Of a stretch of DNA of 39,861 bases, positions 32,734 to 39,861 are shown piece after piece. A program made the translations under genes and the position numbers. Positions within the stretch are counted from its first letter, which is position 1, and every line of letters begins with the position of its first letter. The notes under the pieces were generated by a model, which worked only from the letters and a program-made list of their open reading frames with translations, did no database searches and was not told where the DNA came from. Source of the DNA: a virus (lineage: Duplodnaviria; Caudoviricetes); the IMG/VR virus record IMGVR_UViG_3300020045_002621, positions 1 through 39,861 of that record; one strand, written 5' to 3'.

Positions 32734-32970
32734 TTAAGCGACACGCCAGACGCGAACGCCCCCGTCATATTGCTTCGTGGTAATTTTGCCTTTTCCGAGC
32801 GCAGCAGATGCGTATCCGTGGATGCGTGCAGAACAGGACGCGCGAAGGTCATTGGCGCAATCAAACGCAAAGCTGTCGCCTACCTCCATTTCCGAAAACG
32901 GAAGGTCTTTAGCCGATGGCATCCCAGATGCGCGAACCGGGGCTGGGATATTCTTTTCGATGATGGTCAT
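32734..32970 (-). CDS. Small putative DNA-binding phage protein
   Basis: IEKNIPAP...PFSEMEVGDSF...GVRVWRV motif; AAGGAG SD. Confidence 0.8.
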   Translation of the reverse strand: MTIIEKNIPAPVRASGMPSAKDLPFSEMEVGDSFAFDCANDLRASCSARIHGYASAALGKGKITTKQYDGGVRVWRVA

Positions 32971-32999
32971 TGTTGTCTCCTTTTCTAAAAAAGACAATT

Positions 33000-33320
33000 G
33001 CATAACATTATTTAATTGTAAATGCCCACCTTCACAATAGTGAAACGCCCCAAATCCACTATTCTGTGCTATTCTGTAACCCCTTGTAATCCTTTATTAT
33101 TCCTCTCAGAATATACACTAGTAAGGATATACATATAATCCCTTTTACCCACGGCCCAATATAAGCCTAAACAACTAAAGGCCCGTATGGCGAACCATAC
33201 AGGCTTTTAAGTGTCTCTAGCTAACTTGACTAGGCTGCTATTGTGAGGCTCAAAGCCCCGGAAAACTGTCGTTTATAGCTTAGTAACCCAGCCACTATTC
33301 TGTGCTAGTCTGTGGCCGAA
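33000..33320. other. AT-rich non-coding region with repeats, candidate replication origin
   Basis: CCACTATTCTGTGCTA(T/G)TCTGT at 33056-33077 and 33292-33313; TCACAATAG (33032-33040) and CTATTGTGA (33238-33246) inverted; next to the helicase-like gene. Confidence 0.55.
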
Positions 33321-33373
33321 ACCCTCAGAAAAGCGCGGGTTTGATCCTTGCCGAACCCGCGCACAGTGTCAAC

Positions 33374-34837
33374 CTACAACCGCACAAGCCTGTATTTTTT
33401 CGTCACGCGCTTGTTTCGGGGGTGCTCATGGGTTTCCTCGACCAGCAGGCCGCAGTCGACCATCGCGGCAACCTCGTCCGCAACCATCTCCTTGGAAGTG
33501 CCTCTCAGGCGGTTTTCAAGCGTTCCTATGGCCATAGCCTCATCACCACCAGTCAAAGCCTCTATTCGCGCTCTAAGGGCGGTCTGCGGGGCGTCCTTGG
33601 CCCTATCGTTGCCCGTCACCATCCTTATCTTGTCCTCCACGTCCCGCTTGATGAGCGCGAACGCCCACCGGACATGGGCAGAGCGGCGCACGCCATCGGG
33701 AATGGCCAGAACGAAACTGACCTTGGCGACGAGTTCATAAGCGCCAAGCCAAAGCGCCTCTAGCCCCTTACTGTCCCGCTGCGCGACAGCTTGGTCCTCC
33801 AACCATTCCAGGCACGCGGCCAGGTCATGCTGTGCGTCGTCTGCTGTCCCCACAGCCTCCATCGCATCGAAATTCTCGACCCGCGTGCCTGCGTCGGTAT
33901 TGCCGCCCCGACATATCTGCATGAGGCGCATCGACATGGCCTCGGACATTGGCCGCTCCTTAAAGTCCACCTTGCTGCGCGGTGCTGTGTCGCGTTCATT
34001 GAAAATCAGCGACCGCCCGATAAAGCCATTCGTGGCAGACTGATAGTCAACCAGTTCGTCAAACGTGACTGGCGTTGTAAAGCCGATGACCGACAGGAAC
34101 GGGCGCTCCAAACCGCTGTCCAGATTGTCCATGGATCGGCGGATGGATGCAAACCGGCCTTTGTCCCATTCGGTAGCGTCGCCCTCGTCTATCCGCTTGT
34201 TGATCTGGGACGCCTCTTTTTTCAATTCGGCGCGCACGTCCTCCTTGGCGTCTCCGGTTAGCAGCATGAATTTCGATGCTTTGGAGTAGGCCGACATGAG
34301 CATCCCGATAACGCCGTCAAGATAGGCCGCGCCGCCCTTTTGCTGGGCGTTTTTGATCTTGCCCAACAGGATGCCGATTTCGTCAATCACATACAGGGAC
34401 GCTTGATGCCGAATGAGGTTGCGAACGATTTCCTGTTCTGACTTGATCGAGCCATGGGTTGCCCCTCCATAACCGACAAGACGGTGGATTTTGGCAATGG
34501 CGTTCTGCACATTGTCCTTGCCGGTGCGCGAACCAGCTACGCAAAAGATGAACATGTTCGTTGTCACGCCGTCCTGGGCATCCTCAAAACGCAGGCCGGA
34601 TATGTTGGCAATCGCGGCAATAGCTGCGGCGGTTGATATATGCCTGCGCGGCCTACGTGATTGATCCTCGATCCATGCCGCGACTTCCCCGACGAACCCA
34701 GGAGGGGCGGTCAGGTCGATGCCGCGCAGATCGAACGGGACATTTCCGACAAAAGATAGCGGCGCTGTCTCTTTTTTGTTTTCCTCGACATAGGACGAGA
34801 GATTGGCCCAAAAATCATCATTATCATGCGATGCCAT
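33374..34837 (-). CDS. DUF3987-type replication ATPase/helicase-like protein with C-terminal winged helix
   Basis: PPGFVGEV, AGSRTGKD (P-loop), YVIDEIG, PFLSVIGFTTP and NGFIGR motifs. Confidence 0.8.
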   Translation of the reverse strand: MASHDNDDFWANLSSYVEENKKETAPLSFVGNVPFDLRGIDLTAPPGFVGEVAAWIEDQSRRPRRHISTAAAIAAIANISGLRFEDAQDGVTTNMFIFCVAGSRTGKDNVQNAIAKIHRLVGYGGATHGSIKSEQEIVRNLIRHQASLYVIDEIGILLGKIKNAQQKGGAAYLDGVIGMLMSAYSKASKFMLLTGDAKEDVRAELKKEASQINKRIDEGDATEWDKGRFASIRRSMDNLDSGLERPFLSVIGFTTPVTFDELVDYQSATNGFIGRSLIFNERDTAPRSKVDFKERPMSEAMSMRLMQICRGGNTDAGTRVENFDAMEAVGTADDAQHDLAACLEWLEDQAVAQRDSKGLEALWLGAYELVAKVSFVLAIPDGVRRSAHVRWAFALIKRDVEDKIRMVTGNDRAKDAPQTALRARIEALTGGDEAMAIGTLENRLRGTSKEMVADEVAAMVDCGLLVEETHEHPRNKRVTKKYRLVRL

Positions 34838-35126
34838 TAGAAGCGCGCCCCTCTGCGTCGTTGAACAGCCATTCTGCTTCATGGCCAGCCTTAATCAGGA
34901 TGCGGCAATACTCGACCAGCCGCGCGACCGTCGCGTCATCCATCGGCGCGAAAAGCCATGCGTTCACAACTTCCCCGACCATGAGATATTGCTGCACTGC
35001 ATGATAAGGCGGGCTGTTCTGCGTCATCCTTGAACTGGCATAGGTGCGCGCAACCGCCAGCTTATTGCGTTGTTCATATTGATGATCGGACAATCCCGGC
35101 ATCACCGTGCGGATATGGTCTGTCAT
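34824..35126 (-). CDS. Hypothetical protein (100 aa)
   Basis: ATGA-coupled to the HTH gene; overlaps the start of the DUF3987 gene. Confidence 0.7.
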   Translation of the reverse strand: MTDHIRTVMPGLSDHQYEQRNKLAVARTYASSRMTQNSPPYHAVQQYLMVGEVVNAWLFAPMDDATVARLVEYCRILIKAGHEAEWLFNDAEGRASNGIA

Positions 35127-35284
35127 ACCTGTAGATACCTCTCCAAAATAGCCCGTGTGCCAAGGCTTGGCAGGGATTTGCCGAGCCTTATCCTGATAAG
35201 CGTATTATGGTGCAGTCCAGTCTCCCGCGCGACGGCGCGCAGGTTCCTGTCTCTTAGGCAATGCCTGATTTGCTCAATGTCCAT
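35123..35284 (-). CDS. Small Cro-like HTH protein (53 aa)
   Basis: MDIEQIRHCLRDRNLRAVARETGLHHNTLIRIRLGKSLPS; AAGGA SD. Confidence 0.85.
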   Translation of the reverse strand: MDIEQIRHCLRDRNLRAVARETGLHHNTLIRIRLGKSLPSLGTRAILERYLQV

Positions 35285-35297
35285 CGCATTTTCCTTG

Positions 35298-35342
35298 TTG
35301 ACAACGCAACATAGCTGTTGCACATGAAACATGCAGTGTCAA
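35298..35342. promoter_or_regulatory. Overlapping divergent promoters with a palindromic operator candidate
   Basis: TTGACA on + (35298) and on - (35342); GCAACA-tagc-TGTTGC palindrome at 35306-35321. Confidence 0.55.
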
Positions 35343-35393
35343 TCGACCGCCCTGCCGGTCAAGGCCAATGTGCCACAACGAAAGGAAGCGCGC

Positions 35394-36179
35394 ATGAGTG
35401 CGTTATCGTCTATATCGCGGCCAAAGAGCCGCCCACCAATACTTACAATCTGCGGCGACGCTGGCACCGGCAAGACAAGTCTGGCCTGTCAGTTTCCAAA
35501 TCCAATTGTCCTGCGCGCCGAAGATGGCCTGGGGCAAAACGAAGTGGATGCCTTCCCACTTTTGCAGTCGGCGGATGAATTGTGGGAGCAAGTCAAGGCG
35601 CTGCTCAACGAGGAGCATGACTACAAGACTGTCGTGTTCGACAGCGTGACAGCTGCGGATCAGCTTTTCACCCGCAACGTTCTGGAAGCCGATGGACGGG
35701 CTAAAACGCTGGCGACAGCCATGGGTGGATATGGCGCTGGTTATCAGGCGCTATCGGCGCTGCACGGTCGGCTGCGCAAAGGTATGGGCCTGCTCAATGA
35801 GCGCAAGGGTATGGCGGTTGTGTTTGTCGCCCATGCAGACATTGAAACCATGCGCCTGCCGGACGTGGACGACTATGGCCGCTATTCGCTGCGGCTGAAT
35901 AGCAAGTGCCTGACCCATTATGTTGACGACACCGATCTGGTCGGCTTCGTTCGCCTTACGTCCGTTGTGCGCGGCGACGAGGGCGAGCGCAAGAAGGTCA
36001 TCAGCAACGGCGAGCGTGAATTGATCTGTCACGCCACCGCCGCCAGCGTGGCAAAAAATCGCTACGGCATCACCGAGCCTATCGACCTGCCGGAAGGTGA
36101 AAACCCGCTCCTGGCCCGCATCTGGCCACAAGCAGCGGAATATGCAGAAGCAATGAAAAGCAAGGAGCAAGTCAAATGA
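35394..36179 (+). CDS. Sak4-like / AAA_24 ATPase (single-strand annealing recombinase)
   Basis: GDAGTGKTS, YKTVVFDSVT, GGYGAGY and AKNRYG motifs. Confidence 0.85.
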   Translation: MSALSSISRPKSRPPILTICGDAGTGKTSLACQFPNPIVLRAEDGLGQNEVDAFPLLQSADELWEQVKALLNEEHDYKTVVFDSVTAADQLFTRNVLEADGRAKTLATAMGGYGAGYQALSALHGRLRKGMGLLNERKGMAVVFVAHADIETMRLPDVDDYGRYSLRLNSKCLTHYVDDTDLVGFVRLTSVVRGDEGERKKVISNGERELICHATAASVAKNRYGITEPIDLPEGENPLLARIWPQAAEYAEAMKSKEQVK

Positions 36180-36754
36180 GTTTCTGGGGATTGAGCAACG
36201 GCGACGACGCCAAGGAAACCGGCAAGCAGTTCGACGGCGGTGGTGGCGGCATGGAGTTGATCCCAGACGGATCGAACGTGCTGGCCGCAATCGATGATGC
36301 CAAGTGGGACACAGACCGCGACGGCTATGAATATATCAACCTGCGCTGGCGCGTCCAGCAGCCCGAAGCGTTCGCAAACCGCGTGGTGTTCCACAAGGTC
36401 TGGGTAAGTGACGACAAGCCAAAAAGCAAAGACCCGCAAAAGGTCCGCGACAAGGCAAAGCAGATGCTGGCCGCTATCGACGCCAACGCGGGCGGAAAGC
36501 TAGCACTCAAGGCCGAGCGTCCAACAAGCGATGATCTGGCACTGGCCCTCATCGGCAAGCCGATGGTGATCCGGGTGCAGGTCTGGGACATGGACGGCAA
36601 GCAGGGCAATTGGGTCGCCGCCGTCATGGAAAAAACCCACGCCCTCAAGATCGGTGAAACCAAGCCCGCCACTGCGAACAAAGGCGGCGATGACTGGGGT
36701 GGCAGCACGACGAAGGCCAAAGAACTGGATTTGGACGACGAGGTGCCTTTCTAA
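36176..36754 (+). CDS. Single-stranded DNA-binding protein (DUF669-like)
   Basis: Follows Sak4; YINLRWRV...NRVVFHK...GNWV and acidic DDEVPF tail. Confidence 0.85.
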   Translation: MSFWGLSNGDDAKETGKQFDGGGGGMELIPDGSNVLAAIDDAKWDTDRDGYEYINLRWRVQQPEAFANRVVFHKVWVSDDKPKSKDPQKVRDKAKQMLAAIDANAGGKLALKAERPTSDDLALALIGKPMVIRVQVWDMDGKQGNWVAAVMEKTHALKIGETKPATANKGGDDWGGSTTKAKELDLDDEVPF

Positions 36755-36813
36755 CCAAACCGGACCCCGCGCACTGTGCGGGGCGAGGATTTGGCTAGAT
36801 AGGAGCAAATGAC

Positions 36814-37668
36814 ATGATCGAGCAACGTTCACCTGAATGGTTCGCACAGCGCGTTGGTCGCGTGACCGCAAGCGTGGTCGGGGCCATATTGGGCCTGTCT
36901 CCATACATGGATCGCGCCGACGCCATGCGCGCCATGGTGCGGGCGCGTGAAGGGGTTTCGTCCGAGTTTACCGGCAATATTGCCACCGAATATGGCACGC
37001 GCAACGAGGATGGCGCGCGGATAGAATATGAAATGGAAAGCGGTCACGATGTGGAAGCAGCCCCGTTCGTGCCGTTTGAAGATTGGGCAGGCGCTTCACC
37101 AGATGGGTTTGTCGGAAAGGATGGCTTGCTTGAGATAAAATGCCCGTATGGCCTGCGTAATGGTGGCGAGTTCAAAAAACTGGCCGACCAGCCGCACTAT
37201 GCGGCGCAGGTGCAGTTCCAGCTTTACTGCACCGGGCGCAAATGGTGCCACTTCTATCAGTGGTCGCCAAAAGGCACGAAGATGGAAGTGGTGGACTATG
37301 ATCCAGAATGGGTTAGCAAAAATATCCCTATCCTTCGCCAGTTTCATGCCGAATTTCTGGAAGAAGAAGCCGCCGACCATATCGGCCTTGCGCGTGTCGT
37401 CATTGACACGCCCGAAGCGCACAAGATGATTGCCGAATGGGACGAGTTGAACGAACAGCTAGAGCGCGCAGCCGAACGCAAGAAGGACTTGCTGGCGCAG
37501 TTCGTCACACTGGCCGGTGAAAAGAACGCTCTTTTTGCGGGCCGCAAGTTGACACTGACAGAGCGCGCGGGCGCGGTAAGCTATGCCAAGGCAGTCAAGG
37601 CGCTTTGCCCTGGCGCTGACCTGAAACCATATACCGGGAAATCCTCGTCTTTCTGGCAGGTGCGTTAA
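36814..37668 (+). CDS. YqaJ-like (lambda exonuclease family) recombination exonuclease
   Basis: EQRSPEWFAQRVGRVTAS, GASPDG, LEIKCP and YAAQVQFQL motifs. Confidence 0.92.
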   Translation: MIEQRSPEWFAQRVGRVTASVVGAILGLSPYMDRADAMRAMVRAREGVSSEFTGNIATEYGTRNEDGARIEYEMESGHDVEAAPFVPFEDWAGASPDGFVGKDGLLEIKCPYGLRNGGEFKKLADQPHYAAQVQFQLYCTGRKWCHFYQWSPKGTKMEVVDYDPEWVSKNIPILRQFHAEFLEEEAADHIGLARVVIDTPEAHKMIAEWDELNEQLERAAERKKDLLAQFVTLAGEKNALFAGRKLTLTERAGAVSYAKAVKALCPGADLKPYTGKSSSFWQVR

Positions 37669-37669
37669 A

Positions 37670-39469
37670 ATGCAGTTGCGACCATACCAGTCGCGTGCCT
37701 GCGCCGCCGCGCTGGACTTCGTGCGGACCAGCACAAGCCCCTGCCTCATTGATGCTGCGCCAGCGGCGGGCAAGAGTTTTATGATAGGCTACATGGCCGA
37801 CCGGCTGCATGAAATCAGCGGCGGCAAGAAAGTGCTATGCCTTGCGCCGAACGCCAATCTTGTCGAGCAGAATTTCGAGAAGTTTCTTCTTACGGGGCAA
37901 TCCGCGTCAATCTTTAGCGCCAGTGCGGGCAAGAAGTCCACGCGCCACCATGTGATTTTCGGCACACCTGGGACCGTCAAGAACGCGATAAGTCGGTTCA
38001 TGACCAACTATTGCGCGGTGATCGTGGACGAGGCGCACGGGCTGACACCGACTATCCGCGCAATCATCGACGCCATGCGCGAAGGCAACCCGAACCTGCG
38101 GGTGATAGGGCTGACTGGCACGCCCTATAATCTGGGCAAGGGCTACATATTCCGCGCGTGGCCGGACGGTCGGGTCAATGGTGACGACACCTGCCGCGAT
38201 CCATATTTTACCAAGTGCGTCTATCGCGTTTCTGCCCGCGAAATGCTGGACGATGGATTTATCACGCCGATGGATATTGGTGCGATCAACGCCGCCGCCT
38301 ATGACACCAGCGGCATCATATTGCTGCCAAATGGCACACTCGACAGCGACAGCGTGGAGCGCGCTTTCGTGGGCCATGGGCGCGAGACTGCCGCAATCGT
38401 TGCGGACGTGATGGCGCAAGCGCAGTCAGTGCGCGGCGGCGTCATGCTTTTCGCCAGCACCGTGGCGCACGCCCATGAAATCATGGCCAGCCTGCCACCG
38501 GGCAATAGCGCGCTAGTGACCGGCGACGAGTGCATATTGCAGGGACGGGCCAGCAACCGCAAGGCGACCGTGCAAGCCTATCGGGATGGCAAGTTTCGTT
38601 ATCTGGTTTCGGTCGGCACGTTGACGACTGGTTTTGACGTTAGCCACACAGTCATCATCGCCTTGCTGCGCTATACCGAAAGTGCGGCGCTGCTACAGCA
38701 AATCATGGGCCGCGCGTGGCGACTGGATGACCAGAAAGCTAGGTCCATCTTGCTTGATTATGCCAACAATGTGGATCGGCACTTCCCAGACGGCGACATA
38801 TACAATCCGCAAATCAAAGCGGGCAAGGCACCTGGGGACGGGCAACCGATTGACGTGCAATGTCCCGATTGCGCAAACGTCAACCAGTTTTCGCTCAATC
38901 CTGACTGCGCCGACTATCCGCGCGATGATTATGGCTATTGCCTTGATGTGTTCGGCGCGCAGATAATGACCGACTACGGCCCAATGCCAGCGCACTATGG
39001 CAGGCGATGCTATGGGCTGGTAAAGGCTGGCCATACACATGATCGATGTGGATATTTCTGGACTTCCAAGGAATGTGAAGCGTGCCAGCACAAGAACGAC
39101 ATATCGGCGCGACGATGCAAGGGGTGCGGCGCAGAAATTATAGACCCGAACGAAAAGCTGCACGCGGACTTTAAGGCACTGAAACGCGACCCGACGCGCC
39201 CGCAAACCGATGCCATCCTGTCCATGGACTTGAAAGAGGGCGTAAGTCAAAAAGGCAACCGCACGGTGCGGGCGGATTGGGTGACGGCATATCGGCGTTT
39301 TTCGACGTGGCACCAACCAGACGCAACACATCGGCGCGGCGTGGATGACTGGGCGCGCTTTGCTGGCGCAACAGCCGATGGACCACCTGCAACGATCAGC
39401 TATATGAGGGATGCCGATAGCCAGTTTTACAGGATATTGGCGTTTAACGCGGAGGAAGATGCACTGTGA
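37670..39469 (+). CDS. Superfamily 2 DNA helicase with C-terminal zinc ribbons (RadD/T1-like)
   Basis: LRPYQ, AAGKS, VDEAH, GLTGTP, LTTGFD and QIMGRAWR motifs; several CxxC pairs. Confidence 0.92.
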   Translation: MQLRPYQSRACAAALDFVRTSTSPCLIDAAPAAGKSFMIGYMADRLHEISGGKKVLCLAPNANLVEQNFEKFLLTGQSASIFSASAGKKSTRHHVIFGTPGTVKNAISRFMTNYCAVIVDEAHGLTPTIRAIIDAMREGNPNLRVIGLTGTPYNLGKGYIFRAWPDGRVNGDDTCRDPYFTKCVYRVSAREMLDDGFITPMDIGAINAAAYDTSGIILLPNGTLDSDSVERAFVGHGRETAAIVADVMAQAQSVRGGVMLFASTVAHAHEIMASLPPGNSALVTGDECILQGRASNRKATVQAYRDGKFRYLVSVGTLTTGFDVSHTVIIALLRYTESAALLQQIMGRAWRLDDQKARSILLDYANNVDRHFPDGDIYNPQIKAGKAPGDGQPIDVQCPDCANVNQFSLNPDCADYPRDDYGYCLDVFGAQIMTDYGPMPAHYGRRCYGLVKAGHTHDRCGYFWTSKECEACQHKNDISARRCKGCGAEIIDPNEKLHADFKALKRDPTRPQTDAILSMDLKEGVSQKGNRTVRADWVTAYRRFSTWHQPDATHRRGVDDWARFAGATADGPPATISYMRDADSQFYRILAFNAEEDAL

Positions 39470-39861
39470 AATTCCACCCCACTATCCCCGTTTATGGAGA
39501 CACAAGCTATCGTGGCAAATGCCCGCTTGAGGGTGTCGAACAGGCCAGTTTCTTCAACAAGCTGCGCGGTGAATATCCATCAAGCTACGGGCTGATAGCC
39601 ACCCACGTCAGAAACGAGGGAAAGCGTTTCCTTTCGACAGCCATGAAGCACAATGCGGAAGGCATGACGAAAGGCGCGGCGGATATTATCATCCCGGCGC
39701 GTGTCCCGTTCGTTTGCGAAATGAAGCGCGCCGACCACACGCAATCGACATGGCAGGACGGACAGCAAGAATATCTCATTGCAGCGCAGGATGCTGGGGC
39801 ATTTGTGTGCGTGGCATTGGGCGCGCTTGGCACATGGGAGGCGTTTCTGGAATGGTCTGGC
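39466..39861 (+). CDS. VRR-NUC domain nuclease (5' part; 134 aa when circularised, stop at 128-130)
   Basis: GTGA overlap with the helicase; HVRNEG, GMTKGAADII, EMKR and Q..YL motifs; missed by the ORF track because it crosses the end. Confidence 0.88.
   Translation, partial: MKFHPTIPVYGDTSYRGKCPLEGVEQASFFNKLRGEYPSSYGLIATHVRNEGKRFLSTAMKHNAEGMTKGAADIIIPARVPFVCEMKRADHTQSTWQDGQQEYLIAAQDAGAFVCVALGALGTWEAFLEWSG
39741..39861. repeat. Terminal direct repeat, right copy (121 bp)
   Basis: Identical to 1-121. Confidence 0.97.

Noticed and set aside
36765-36783. Hairpin CCCCGC...GCGGGG after the SSB gene as a terminator
   Set aside because: No U-tract follows; at most an mRNA-stabilising stem

Overview
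This window looks like a complete, circularly assembled dsDNA tailed phage genome of about 39,740 bp, because bases 1-121 are identical to 39741-39861. Morphology is podovirus-type: P22-like portal, DUF5309-type major capsid, adaptor and nozzle, DNA-ejection proteins, several tailspike-like proteins, and no tape measure or tail tube. The host is probably an alphaproteobacterium such as Sphingomonadaceae, which is an inference from protein style only. The modules are: (i) a divergent early region with a beta sliding clamp, HTH regulators, a Lar-like protein and many small ORFs (0.5-6.6 kb); (ii) a minus-strand late operon running from terminase through head, tail, ejection proteins and tailspikes to lysis (29.5 kb down to 6.6 kb); (iii) small-ORF operons with an (Y/N/D)A-repeat gene and a tRNA-like RNA (29.6-33 kb); and (iv) replication and recombination genes (DUF3987 helicase-like, Sak4-like ATPase, DUF669 SSB, YqaJ exonuclease, SF2 helicase, VRR-NUC). 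I recognised no integrase, DNA polymerase, primase domain, reverse transcriptase or CRISPR array. The most interesting signals are a candidate SD/hairpin-associated +1 frameshift fusing an ejection protein to a lytic transglycosylase, a 119-nt CCA-ending tRNA-like RNA, a stand-alone small RNA with an anti-SD loop, a release-factor-like protein with GGQ replaced by GGM, a tiny basic peptide plus multi-pass membrane protein heading the lysis cassette, a glycosyltransferase in the head module, and a hexamer array with a single frameshifting deletion. All family calls come from motif recognition by eye, not database searches.
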